IMG/VR virus record: IMGVR_UViG_3300048913_000213
Length of the DNA: 46,523 nt
DNA from: a virus
Strand: one strand, 5' to 3'
The notes below the pieces were generated by a model, which saw only the letters and a program-made list of their open reading frames with translations, ran no database searches and had not been told where the DNA came from. The translations under genes and the position numbers were made by a program. This document shows positions 1 to 8,818 of the stretch, in pieces; within the stretch, counting starts at the first letter, position 1; every line of letters begins with the position of its first letter.

Positions 1-127
1 TCCGCTGCGCCCTCGTCCTCCAATTACCGCGCCACATTACAGCGGAGTAATATGGCCCCGAAATTCTGAGCCGCGAATCTCTTATAGCTTTTTCGCTACT
101 GAACTGGCCGCAAGCGACAGGCGACCA
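1..127. repeat. Terminal direct repeat, left copy, identical to 46397..46523
   Basis: Read directly: the 127 nt tccgctgcgccctcgtcctcc...gacaggcgacca occur at both window ends. This fits either a circular-assembly overlap or terminal redundancy. Confidence 0.95.
31..56. repeat. Palindromic intergenic repeat (PIR) copy 1
   Basis: GCCACATTAC-agcgga-GTAATATGGC, with one arm mismatch. Outer flank is CCCGAAATT. Intergenic, upstream of the late operon. Confidence 0.9.
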
Positions 128-212
128 CGAGCCCGGCTGTCGAGTTGCTGTTATTTGCAGTCACCTCGACTCTCCAGTCATCGCCTAACGCCTCCCCCAT
201 CGGAGAAAAGCT

Positions 213-572
213 ATGTCCAGCAAACAGACCATCGATAAAGTCAGCCACATACATGAGTGCATCATCAATGAGATGCTGCTCAACCCGGCTGTGACTCAAC
301 AAGACCTCTCCATGATGTTCGGGTACAGTGTGAGCTGGATGTCCCGCCTCATTAATAGCGATTCGTTCCAGGCACGGCTTGCCGAGCGTCGCCGGGAGCT
401 GATCGACCCTGTACTCAAAGTGCGGTTGGAAGATCGGCTGAAAAGCGCGGTGATGCAAAGCACGGAGCAGATCCAGCGCCGACTTGATGCCGGGGATAAT
501 GCGGACTTGGCGCTGCAGTCGCTCGGCGTGCTGACGGATGCACTGGGTGCACTGAACCCTCCGAAGAAGTGA
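213..572 (+). CDS. Small HTH DNA-binding protein, small-terminase-like paralog 1
   Basis: 119-aa ORF with a GGAGAAAAGCT-ATG initiation region. The HTH-like segment TQQDLSMMFGYSVSWMSRLINS is paralogous to the next ORF. Lies just upstream of TerL. Confidence 0.55.
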   Translation: MSSKQTIDKVSHIHECIINEMLLNPAVTQQDLSMMFGYSVSWMSRLINSDSFQARLAERRRELIDPVLKVRLEDRLKSAVMQSTEQIQRRLDAGDNADLALQSLGVLTDALGALNPPKK

Positions 573-1225
573 GAGCCGGAATGCCAAAAGCTAAAGCCAC
601 CCGCGATCCGCTTGCCGAAGCCGCGCAGTCCCTTGTGGATACTGCCATCGGCGCGGAAGCGGATTCCGACCTCACCGCACTGCTTGACGGTAGCAGCAAG
701 GCTGCGGGCAGGGAGTTTGTCCGCAAGCCACAGTACACTGCTGATGCGATGGTGGAGCTGTTTATCGAGCATCCAAACTGGACGCATGCTCAGTTCGCAG
801 ATCATTTCGGCTATCGCGCGAGCTGGTTCGCCGGGGTGCTGATCAGCAACAATCTCCAGGCTGCTCTCGACAAGCGACGCGAGGAAGTGCGCGCCGTCGC
901 CCCGCACCTCGCTGGTACGATGACGGAGATGTTCCAAGCCGCAACAGTGCAGGCACTGGCCGCACTGCAAGTCCGCATGGACGACCCGAAGGCGACGAAC
1001 GAACTGTTCCTGGAAGTGGCGAAGATCAGCACCAAGGCGCTGGGACTTGGTGGGGCGGGGACTCCGCCGCAGCAAAAGGAACCCCCAAAAGGTATCCACG
1101 ACCTCGCCGCAGGCTTGCTGCAATCTCAGCCGAAGGTTGAGTCGCCAACCCCTGCGGTGGATCACACCATCGATGCTACGCTGCGGGAAGTGCCGGCGGC
1201 CTCTGGTGACGAAAGTGAAGTATGA
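569..1225 (+). CDS. Putative terminase small subunit (HTH paralog 2)
   Basis: 218-aa ORF starting at GTG 569, which overlaps the previous stop; an alternative ATG lies at 581. The segment THAQFADHFGYRASWFAGVLISN matches paralog 1. Its end forms an ATGA overlap with TerL. Confidence 0.5.
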   Translation: MRAGMPKAKATRDPLAEAAQSLVDTAIGAEADSDLTALLDGSSKAAGREFVRKPQYTADAMVELFIEHPNWTHAQFADHFGYRASWFAGVLISNNLQAALDKRREEVRAVAPHLAGTMTEMFQAATVQALAALQVRMDDPKATNELFLEVAKISTKALGLGGAGTPPQQKEPPKGIHDLAAGLLQSQPKVESPTPAVDHTIDATLREVPAASGDESEV

Positions 1226-2697
1226 GCCTTACTCCAGAAGCTAAAGTTCAACTCACTCCAGAACTGATTGAGGCCTTCTCACGGAAGTACCTCATGCGTC
1301 AGTTCGACGAGGCGAAGCCGATTCCCAATTTCCACCGGGAGTGCTGGGCCCTTTATTGCAGCCCGTCGCTGAACTGCGGTGTTGCGGCTCCTCGCGGCCA
1401 TGCCAAGAGTACTTCCCTCACGACTGTGTACATGCTGGCGGAAATGCTCTTCCGGGTGGAGGAGTACGCGATCCTCGTAAGTTCAAATGAGGAAATGGCA
1501 GTTGAGCTGCTCGGTGACATCAGCCGGGAACTGACCGACAACGAAGACCTGATCAATGACTTCCAGATCGACAAGCTCTTGTCCCAAGCCAAGACCGACA
1601 TCATCGTGCGCTTTAAAGACGGCCACCAGTTCCGAATCATTGCTCGTGGCAGTGGTCAAAAGATGCGAGGCCGAAAGTGGCGAGGCAAGCGTCCCGGCCT
1701 GATCGTGTGCGATGACTTGGAAGATGACGAGCAGGTCGAAAACATCGACCGCCGGAAGAAGTTCCGTCGCTGGTTCAATCGCGCACTGCTGCCGTCGATG
1801 CGAGTCAAAGGTCGAGTCCGAATCCACGGCACGATTCTGCATGAGGACGCGCTGCTTGCCCGGATCATGAAGAACAAAGAGTGGGACACTCGGTTTTACA
1901 AAGCGCACACGAGCTTCAACGACTTCAGTGACATCCTGTGGCCGGAACAGCACGACGAGAAGTCCCTCCGAGCCAAGCGCGCAAAGTACATCGCTGATGG
2001 TGATCCGGGAGGCTACAGTCAAGAGTTCCTGAACGACCCATTCGACAGCGAAGAGACGTACCTCAAGAAGGAGCACTTCCTGGAAATGGAAGATGCCGAC
2101 CACAAAGCTCAAAAGCGATTCGCTGTGGGGGTGGACTTTGCAGTATCCCGGAAGGACAAAGCGAATCGCACCTCCCTGACTGTCGGCGGCCAAGACTGGA
2201 GCAACAAAATCCACGTTGTGGACGAGCGAGTCGGGCGCTGGGACACTCTCGAAATCATCGACGAGATGTTCAGTGTTCAAGCCGCATGGGACCCGGAACT
2301 GTTCTTTGTCGAAGACGGCGTGATCTGGAAGTCCATCGAGCCTATGCTCTACAAGGAGATGCAGGAGCGCGGTATCTTGCTGAATGTCTTCCCGATCCTC
2401 TCAATCAAGGACAAAAAGGTCAACGGCCGCAGTCTCCAAAAACGGATGAAGGCCCGCATGATGAGGTTCGACAAACAAGCCAGTTGGTACGAAGAGTACG
2501 AAGCCGAATTGCTGCGATTCACTGGCGACAGTGATGCGATAGCGGATGACCAGTTCGATTCGACCGGCATCCTCTGCCGAGGGTTCGACGGACTCGCTCT
2601 GCTGAGTGAAGAAGACTTCCTGGAAGAGGAAGAGCTTTACGCCAGAGGCCACGGCCCGGCTCGCAACAGCTCCCGCTCTCCCGTAACTGGCTACTGA
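1222..2697 (+). CDS. terL: Terminase large subunit
   Basis: 491 aa. Walker A-like AAPRGHAKST, Walker B-like GLIVCDDLEDDE, and a C-terminal nuclease-like half. Canonical position before the portal gene. Confidence 0.9.
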   Translation: MSLTPEAKVQLTPELIEAFSRKYLMRQFDEAKPIPNFHRECWALYCSPSLNCGVAAPRGHAKSTSLTTVYMLAEMLFRVEEYAILVSSNEEMAVELLGDISRELTDNEDLINDFQIDKLLSQAKTDIIVRFKDGHQFRIIARGSGQKMRGRKWRGKRPGLIVCDDLEDDEQVENIDRRKKFRRWFNRALLPSMRVKGRVRIHGTILHEDALLARIMKNKEWDTRFYKAHTSFNDFSDILWPEQHDEKSLRAKRAKYIADGDPGGYSQEFLNDPFDSEETYLKKEHFLEMEDADHKAQKRFAVGVDFAVSRKDKANRTSLTVGGQDWSNKIHVVDERVGRWDTLEIIDEMFSVQAAWDPELFFVEDGVIWKSIEPMLYKEMQERGILLNVFPILSIKDKKVNGRSLQKRMKARMMRFDKQASWYEEYEAELLRFTGDSDAIADDQFDSTGILCRGFDGLALLSEEDFLEEEELYARGHGPARNSSRSPVTGY

Positions 2698-2713
2698 CAA
2701 CCAAGGAAAAGCT

Positions 2714-4891
2714 ATGCCAACAATCGAAAAAATGGTCGCTGCAACCAACATTGCGCCGATGCTGAAAGAGGAAGACCTCGCCACCATTGGCAAGGCGGTG
2801 GTGACTGGTTATGAGGTGGACCGGGCCTCGCGCTCACAGTGGGAGGAGCGCCAAGCAACTGCGGTGAAGCTGGCACTGCAGGTCGTGGAGGTCAAGGACT
2901 TTCCGTGGACGAACTGCAGTAACGTGAAGTTCCCGCTGGTGACTGTGGCGGCGCTGCAATTCCTGTCCCGCGTTGCGATTCTGACGAAAGGCCGGCAGCT
3001 GGTGAAGTGTGATGTGCTGGGGCCGGATGCCGACGGCAAACTGGCGATGCGAGCCAAGCGCATCAGTGCTCACATGAGCTATCAGCTTGTGGAGGAGGAT
3101 CGCGCTTGGATCGATGACGACGAGAAAGCGAAACTGGCCGCAAGCATTATCGGCTGTGCTTTCAAGAAATCGTACTTCGATCCGGTGCGCGGGAAGAACA
3201 TCTCCGAACACGTTCCTGCGATGGACTTCGTTGTGGACTACCGCACGAAGAGCTTGGAAAAAGCTAATCGCATGACGCACCTCCTGACCATGACGGACAA
3301 CGACATCCAGGAGCGCGTCGCTAGTGACAGGTTCGTGGAACTCAAGAGCGATCGCGGGACTCAAGGTACTGCTACGGGTCCGATGCAAGCCGCTGTTGAC
3401 GAATCCCAAGGCACGCAAAGCCAAGGCGACAGCGATGTGAAGGTTCACGAGGTGCTGGAACAGCACTGCTGGCTGGACCTCGACGAGGACGGCTATCGTG
3501 AGCCTTACATCGTGTGGGTTCACAAAGAAAGCGGACAGGTACTGCGGATTGCAGCGCGCTACTTCGATCAAGGCGATGTGCACCGCAAGAATGACCTGAA
3601 GATCCGCACGGAACAATTCCGGGCAGCGACGCTGAGCGACGAAGGCAAAGCTAAGGCTGACGCTCGGATCAAGGAACTGCAAGAAGCCAAGGGCAACGTA
3701 ATTACGAGGATCGACGCGCAGCAATTCTTCACCAAAATCCCGTTCATCCCGAGCCCAGATGGCGGGTTCTATGATCTGGGCCTGGGAGCGTTGCTCGGTC
3801 CGATCAATGCTTCCGTGGACACACTCGTCAACCAGCTCATCGATGCTGGCACGATGTCGAATACTGCGGGCGGGTTCCTCGGCCGCGGCGTGAAGCTCAA
3901 GGGAGGCAAAAGCTCATTCGATCCGTTTGAGTGGAAGCCTGTGGACAGCCCCGGCGATGACTTGCGGAAGAACATTGTGCCGCTGCCGGTGCGCGATCCT
4001 TCGGCTGTGCTGTTCCAGCTCCTCGGCCTGCTGGTGAGCTACGGGGAAAAGATCAGCGGCGCCACCGACATCATGACCGGTGTGAGCCCTGGCCAGAACA
4101 CCCCAGCCGAAACCAGCCGCAACACCATCGAGCAGGGCATGAAGATTTTCAGCGGCATCTACGGCCGCATGTACCGGGCGTTCCAGTCGGAACTGAGGTT
4201 GCTGTTCGACTTGAACCGGATGTACCTGCCACTGTCGGCGAAGTTCATTCCGCTGACGACTGGCGAGAACGCGATTGTGTCGCAGAAAGATTACATCGCG
4301 GATGACGCCCTCATTTTTCCTGCTGCCGATCCTGCGGTGGTCAGCGAAACCCAGCGCCAGCAACGCGCGATGATGCTGAAGCAGAACGCAGCTGCCACTC
4401 CAGGTTACGACCGCTACCAAGTGGAACTCGACTTCCTGCAGGCCTTTGACATCCAAGACATCGAACGGATTTACCCGAACCCAAAAGGCCCGCACGCGGT
4501 TCCGCCGCCGGTCAACCCTCAACTGGAATTGGAGAAAGCTCAGTTCCAGCTGGAACAGCAGAAGTTCCAAAGCGGGCTGCAGGTGCAAATCGCGGAACTG
4601 CAATCGCAAGACGCCGTCAATCAGGCAAAGGTACAGCAACTCGAAGCTCAGGCCGCAAAGCTCTTGGCCGAAGCCAATGGCGTGGACGTGTCGTTGCAGG
4701 TGCAAGCCCTCAATGCCCAAACAGGGGCGGCGAAGGCGCACCAAGAAGGCATTCGCATTGCGATGGAAACTTTGCAACGACTCGTTGACCAGCATCACGA
4801 TAGTCGTAAACTGGATATCGCGGAGGCAGCGGGCAAAGCTAAAGCTGCAGCCGCATCAACCGTCGGAGCGAAGGCTCCGGCATCCGAGTAA
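2714..4891 (+). CDS. Portal protein
   Basis: 725-aa ORF directly after TerL, with a long C-terminal Q/A/E-rich coiled coil (LELEKAQFQLEQQKFQSGLQVQIAELQ) like P22-type portal barrels. Called from size, position and composition. Confidence 0.8.
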   Translation: MPTIEKMVAATNIAPMLKEEDLATIGKAVVTGYEVDRASRSQWEERQATAVKLALQVVEVKDFPWTNCSNVKFPLVTVAALQFLSRVAILTKGRQLVKCDVLGPDADGKLAMRAKRISAHMSYQLVEEDRAWIDDDEKAKLAASIIGCAFKKSYFDPVRGKNISEHVPAMDFVVDYRTKSLEKANRMTHLLTMTDNDIQERVASDRFVELKSDRGTQGTATGPMQAAVDESQGTQSQGDSDVKVHEVLEQHCWLDLDEDGYREPYIVWVHKESGQVLRIAARYFDQGDVHRKNDLKIRTEQFRAATLSDEGKAKADARIKELQEAKGNVITRIDAQQFFTKIPFIPSPDGGFYDLGLGALLGPINASVDTLVNQLIDAGTMSNTAGGFLGRGVKLKGGKSSFDPFEWKPVDSPGDDLRKNIVPLPVRDPSAVLFQLLGLLVSYGEKISGATDIMTGVSPGQNTPAETSRNTIEQGMKIFSGIYGRMYRAFQSELRLLFDLNRMYLPLSAKFIPLTTGENAIVSQKDYIADDALIFPAADPAVVSETQRQQRAMMLKQNAAATPGYDRYQVELDFLQAFDIQDIERIYPNPKGPHAVPPPVNPQLELEKAQFQLEQQKFQSGLQVQIAELQSQDAVNQAKVQQLEAQAAKLLAEANGVDVSLQVQALNAQTGAAKAHQEGIRIAMETLQRLVDQHHDSRKLDIAEAAGKAKAAAASTVGAKAPASE

Positions 4892-4920
4892 TAGAGCCCG
4901 CAAGGGCAGGAGAAAAAGCT

Positions 4921-5160
4921 ATGGCAGAGGGCATGTTGAAGGAGGAGCTGCGGGAATGGAAGCAACATCCTGTTACGCAGCACTTCTTGTCGCTAATCCA
5001 GCAGTCTCGTCAAGAGACGATGGAAGCATGGGCGAACAAGGCATATGTCGGCGAGACGGCGGAAGCTACTCTCGCGGCGAACACGGCAGCACTAGGCGGT
5101 ATGCAAGTGCTGGATCAAGTTATTGAACTGATTGATTCGATGGGGAGTGAAGAAGCATGA
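4921..5160 (+). CDS. Hypothetical head-module protein (79 aa)
   Basis: ORF with an AGGAGAAAAAGCT-ATG leader. Its end forms an ATGA overlap with the next gene. Confidence 0.6.
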   Translation: MAEGMLKEELREWKQHPVTQHFLSLIQQSRQETMEAWANKAYVGETAEATLAANTAALGGMQVLDQVIELIDSMGSEEA

Positions 5161-5558
5161 ATGCAGATGCTAAAGCAGTAGCAGGATACGATCCACGGCA
5201 AGCCGTGAAAGGCGAACGTGGCTGGCGCGCGGCCAAAGGTCCACAAGCCAATAACACTTCCGGCTTCCGGGCCACCGGCCATCGCTTGCTGCTGCTGAGC
5301 GATGCTGTTGAGGAAGTCACTTCTGGCGGCATTGTCTTGGCCAAGAAAACCATCGACAAAGAACGCTCCGCGAATGTCTATGCGACTGTGGTTGAAATCG
5401 GCCATGACGCCTGGAGCGACAAATCAACAGACTTCTGCGAAGTCGGTGATCGCGTCCTCATTGGCCAGTACACCGGCAAGTTCCAAGTCTCCGAACGTGA
5501 CGGTAAAGAGTACCGCTTCGTGACGGATCTGGATATTATCAGCACCGTCGAAAAGTAA
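5157..5558 (+). CDS. GroES/Cpn10-like co-chaperonin with an N-terminal extension
   Basis: The C-terminal ~95 aa align by eye to GroES: HRLLLLSDAVEEVTSGGIVLAKKT...ATVVEIGHD...VGDRVLIGQYTG...DGKEYRFVTDLDIISTVE, compared with RVIVKR..SAGGIVL...GEVLAVGNG..VKVGDIVIF...ILAIVE. Confidence 0.75.
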   Translation: MNADAKAVAGYDPRQAVKGERGWRAAKGPQANNTSGFRATGHRLLLLSDAVEEVTSGGIVLAKKTIDKERSANVYATVVEIGHDAWSDKSTDFCEVGDRVLIGQYTGKFQVSERDGKEYRFVTDLDIISTVEK

Positions 5559-5568
5559 CCATAACGGG

Positions 5569-5594
5569 GCCACATTACGGCTGAGTAATGTGAC
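5569..5594. repeat. PIR copy 2
   Basis: GCCACATTAC-ggctga-GTAATGTGAC followed by TCCATAAT. Starts 10 nt after the GroES-like stop and ends 32 nt before the scaffold ATG. Confidence 0.9.
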
Positions 5595-5626
5595 TCCATA
5601 ATCCCCCTAGTTAAAGGAGCTTTACC

Positions 5627-6550
5627 ATGCCCCCAGTAAATCAAGATGACGGTTCGCAATTGTCGGATCAAGAAGAGTATGATCTGGAACAGGCCGAGCT
5701 GATCGCAGCCGCAGGCGGCAAGGCTGCTGGCAGTGACGATGGCAGCGGCAAAGGCGCTGGCGCCGGCGCGGAAACCCCAGAGCAAAAAGCACTGGCCGCT
5801 GCCGAAGCCGAGGCCGTACGCAAAGGCTGGAAACCGAAAGATGCTTACGAAGGCGACCCCGATAAATGGGTTGACGCTAAGACCTTCCTGGATCGCGGTG
5901 ACAAGTTCAACAAGAACCTCCAACGAGAAGTCGCGGCCCTGAAAGCGAAACTCGAATCCTTCGAGGGCACCAAGCAAGCCTTCGTGAAGTTCCACGAAGA
6001 AACCGTGGCCGCAAAGGACAAGGAACTCGCTGCCGCCCTCAAACAGCTCCGGGTGCAACGCTCCGAGGCTCAAGCTGAAGGTGATCATGAAGCCGCTGTG
6101 GAAATCGAAGACCGCATCGAGGTCATCACGAAGGAACGGCAAGGGCTCAAGGACGCCGCTCCAGTTCCTGCTGCCGCACCGCAAGTCGACCCTGTGCTGG
6201 AAGCCTGGATCGGTGACGGCAACGACTGGTTTGCGAAAGACGCCAAGCTCCGCAACTACGCCATCACTCTGGCAGACGAACTCCGTGCGGACGGCGAAAC
6301 CCTGCAAGGTCGCCAGTTCCTGGACAAAGTCGCGGAACTCATGCGCGCCGAATTCCCTTCGAAGTTCGACAATCCGAACCGCCAACGTCCAGGTGCTGTC
6401 GAAGGCTCCAGCCGCTCCGCTGTCTCTGCTCCGCAAGGCCGTACCGAACGTGACCTTCCAAAAGTCGACCGCGAGCTGATGAACGAATTCGTCCGCAATG
6501 GCTGGACTACGAAGGAAAAGTTCCTCGCGGAATATCGCTGGCCGAAGTAA
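5627..6550 (+). CDS. Putative scaffolding protein
   Basis: 307 aa, acidic, Ala/Glu/Lys-rich and helical or coiled-coil in composition. Lies between the portal and capsid genes. Strong RBS AAAGGAGC. Confidence 0.6.
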   Translation: MPPVNQDDGSQLSDQEEYDLEQAELIAAAGGKAAGSDDGSGKGAGAGAETPEQKALAAAEAEAVRKGWKPKDAYEGDPDKWVDAKTFLDRGDKFNKNLQREVAALKAKLESFEGTKQAFVKFHEETVAAKDKELAAALKQLRVQRSEAQAEGDHEAAVEIEDRIEVITKERQGLKDAAPVPAAAPQVDPVLEAWIGDGNDWFAKDAKLRNYAITLADELRADGETLQGRQFLDKVAELMRAEFPSKFDNPNRQRPGAVEGSSRSAVSAPQGRTERDLPKVDRELMNEFVRNGWTTKEKFLAEYRWPK

Positions 6551-6556
6551 CCCCCA

Positions 6557-6577
6557 GGCCGCTACGGCGGCCCTTTT
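6557..6577 (+). terminator. Weak intrinsic terminator or attenuator-like hairpin after the scaffold gene
   Basis: GGCCGC-tacg-GCGGCC (6-bp GC stem) followed by CTTTT. It begins 6 nt after the stop at 6550. Confidence 0.35.
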
Positions 6578-6611
6578 AGCAAACCCTTTCGTTACCCTTT
6601 GGAGCCTTACC

Positions 6612-7136
6612 ATGACCGACCACAGCAAACCACCTCACCCATCCCTGCCACCAGCAGTCATCGCCGCTCAAGCCCGGCAAGCCGCTGACCGTCCTGAGGC
6701 CGAACGCACTCGCCCTGCGCAATTCGGCGGTGTGCGTCTGAAACTCACCGTTCCGACTGACATTCCAGGTTATCACTTGTACTGGGCAAATGATGATGGT
6801 GAAGTCGACGCACTCATCGAAGAAGGCTTCGAACTCGTCCGCCCCGAGGAAATGGGCACCGAAGCATCGCGCCGTATTCAGCGCCGCGTCGTGCAGGACG
6901 AAGACATTGCCAACAGCTATAGCCGCCACGTCGGCACCAAAGAAGACGGGTCATCCCTGCGGGCGTACCTGTTGAAAATCCCGAACGAACAGTGGGAAGA
7001 TCGCCAAGCTATGAAACTGGCTCAAGCTGATGCTTGGGACGGCGCGATCCGCAAAGGCGCAATCGAAAATGTCGATGGGCGTTACGTTCCGCGTGGTCAT
7101 GAAATTAAACTGAACACTCGCAACCGCGAGTCCTGA
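6612..7136 (+). CDS. Hypothetical head-module protein (174 aa)
   Basis: I chose the internal ATG at 6612 because a GGAG lies 7 nt upstream. The longer ORF from 6498 would overlap the scaffold gene. Confidence 0.55.
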   Translation: MTDHSKPPHPSLPPAVIAAQARQAADRPEAERTRPAQFGGVRLKLTVPTDIPGYHLYWANDDGEVDALIEEGFELVRPEEMGTEASRRIQRRVVQDEDIANSYSRHVGTKEDGSSLRAYLLKIPNEQWEDRQAMKLAQADAWDGAIRKGAIENVDGRYVPRGHEIKLNTRNRES

Positions 7137-7160
7137 TCGTTAACCTGAAGGAGCATCAAC

Positions 7161-7766
7161 ATGCCAAACCTGAACGCACCCAAGGGTTTCGTCCCTGTGC
7201 GCTACCTGAACGGCGCTGCGTGGAACGGCGCTGTCAACCTGTACTTCATTCCGCAAGCCGATGGCAGTGTCTACAGCCCCGGCGATGCTGTGAAGTCCGC
7301 TGCCGGTGGCGATGCCAACGGTATCCCGGCAATTGCCAAAGCAGCCGGCACCGACACCCTGCGTGGTGTGATCGCCAATATCCTGGTCGCAGCTCCGAAC
7401 AACCCCTCGCTGGTGGGCACGACCCTGGACCTGACCACGATGCAGGCACCGGCTACGAAAGCCAAGGGCTACTACGCGCTGGTCGTGGACGATCCCGCTG
7501 TGCTCTTCGAAATCCAAGACGACGGCCTGGCAGCCCTCACCGCAACGGCCTGCAACAAAAACGCTGCCTTCACCGTGGCCAATCCGACGGCGCCGCAGCA
7601 AAACTCGGCGAGCGTGCTGTCGACTGCCAGTGTGGCTGTGACCCAAGCGCTACCGCTGCGCATTGTCGGTCTGGCGCAGCGTGACGACAACGCATTCGGC
7701 GTCAACGCGAAGTGGCTGGTGAAAATCAACCAACACGAGCTGGAAGGCAACACCGCGGGCGTCTAA
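7161..7766 (+). CDS. Putative capsid decoration or cement protein
   Basis: 201-aa ORF immediately upstream of the major capsid gene, with a GAAGGAG RBS and highly biased codon use. The role is inferred from gene order (as in the BPP-1 cement protein), not from an alignment. Confidence 0.4.
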   Translation: MPNLNAPKGFVPVRYLNGAAWNGAVNLYFIPQADGSVYSPGDAVKSAAGGDANGIPAIAKAAGTDTLRGVIANILVAAPNNPSLVGTTLDLTTMQAPATKAKGYYALVVDDPAVLFEIQDDGLAALTATACNKNAAFTVANPTAPQQNSASVLSTASVAVTQALPLRIVGLAQRDDNAFGVNAKWLVKINQHELEGNTAGV

Positions 7767-7818
7767 AGCGACGGCGGCTTCAATTTCACAACACATCATC
7801 AACTGAAGGAGTATCACC

Positions 7819-8733
7819 ATGACTGGTATTGTCAATACTGGCAGCTTTCCCAAGGCACTTTGGGAAGGCGTAAAGAGCTGGTGGGACAGCGCTGCCAAAG
7901 GCACGCCGAACTACTACGAAATGCTGTTCCGCAAGGAAATGTCCACCAAGAACTACGAAGAGTACGTCCAAGCCGTCGGCCTGGGCATCGCTCCGCGTAA
8001 GCAGGAAGGTCAGCCAATCAGCTACGACACGATGCAACAAGGCTTTGTGACCCGTGGTACGAACGTCGCGTACGGCCTGGGCATCATCACCACCCATGAA
8101 GAGCTGAAAGACAACCTCTACGTCAAGTTGACGAAAGGCCGCACCGAAAAGCTGCGCCGCTCGTTCAACGAAACGAAGAACATCAACGCTTCGAACATCT
8201 ACAATCGCGCCTTCAACAGCGCGTACCTGGGCGGCGATGGCGTTAGCCTGCTGAACGTGGCTCACCCGAACATGTCGGGCGGCACCTGGCAAAACAAGCT
8301 CGTTGTCGATGCAGCCCTGTCCCAAGCAGCGATCGAAGACATGCTGATCCTGATGATGCAAGCCAAGGACGACCGCGGCTTCATCGAACCGCTGATGGGC
8401 GACAAGTTGGCTGTTCACCCGAACAACTACTTCAATGCCGAGCGCATCCTGAAGACCTCGAAAGCTGTCGGCAACAACAACAACGACATCAACCCGATCA
8501 ACACCCAGGGCCTGCTGTCCGGCGGCATCGTCAGCAACCCGTACTTCACCGCTACCGGTCCGTGGTTCATCACCACGAACTGCCAGGATGGCATGATCTG
8601 GCAAGAGCGCGAAGCCCTGGAAATCTGGGAAGACAACGACGGCGACACCCGCAACTACAAGATCGGCGCGTATGAACGCTACACCTTCCTGTGGGCAAAC
8701 CCTCGCGGCCTGTACGGTAGCAACGCTGCTTAA
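7819..8733 (+). CDS. Major capsid protein (HK97-fold-like)
   Basis: 304 aa with a strong GAAGGAG RBS and strongly biased codon usage. Positioned after scaffold and decoration genes and followed by a PIR hairpin. Composition is typical of a capsid protein. Confidence 0.7.
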   Translation: MTGIVNTGSFPKALWEGVKSWWDSAAKGTPNYYEMLFRKEMSTKNYEEYVQAVGLGIAPRKQEGQPISYDTMQQGFVTRGTNVAYGLGIITTHEELKDNLYVKLTKGRTEKLRRSFNETKNINASNIYNRAFNSAYLGGDGVSLLNVAHPNMSGGTWQNKLVVDAALSQAAIEDMLILMMQAKDDRGFIEPLMGDKLAVHPNNYFNAERILKTSKAVGNNNNDINPINTQGLLSGGIVSNPYFTATGPWFITTNCQDGMIWQEREALEIWEDNDGDTRNYKIGAYERYTFLWANPRGLYGSNAA

Positions 8734-8759
8734 GCGGCGCCCGTTCGGTTGATTATGGC

Positions 8760-8785
8760 GGCACATTACGGGCTAGTAATGTGCC
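8760..8785. repeat. PIR copy 3
   Basis: GGCACATTAC-gggcta-GTAATGTGCC, a perfect 10-bp palindrome, flanked by GATTATGGC and GCTAAAACC. Ends 33 nt before the next ATG. Confidence 0.9.
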
Positions 8786-8818
8786 GCTAAAACCCTTCAA
8801 TCATTAGGAACTGCAATC

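Noticed and set aside
79-92. CTCTTATAGC boxes (79..92, and inverted at 45866..45878) resemble the ...CACTATAG core of T7/SP6-type promoters.
   Set aside because: No single-subunit phage RNA polymerase gene is present in the genome, and the match is limited to a few bases. I report them instead as part of the inverted repeats framing island D.
1-127. Treating the 127-bp end duplication as a biologically defined direct terminal repeat (T7-like DTR).
   Set aside because: This cannot be distinguished from an assembler overlap using the sequence alone. The length is typical of a k-mer overlap and there are no other terminus signals, so it is reported only as evidence of completeness.
96-1165. Minus-strand ORFs 96..587 and 296..1165, which overlap the small-terminase-like genes.
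   Set aside because: They are antisense to coupled plus-strand genes that have RBSs and paralogous HTH motifs. Their composition is R/L/S-rich and they would start inside island D without any signals.
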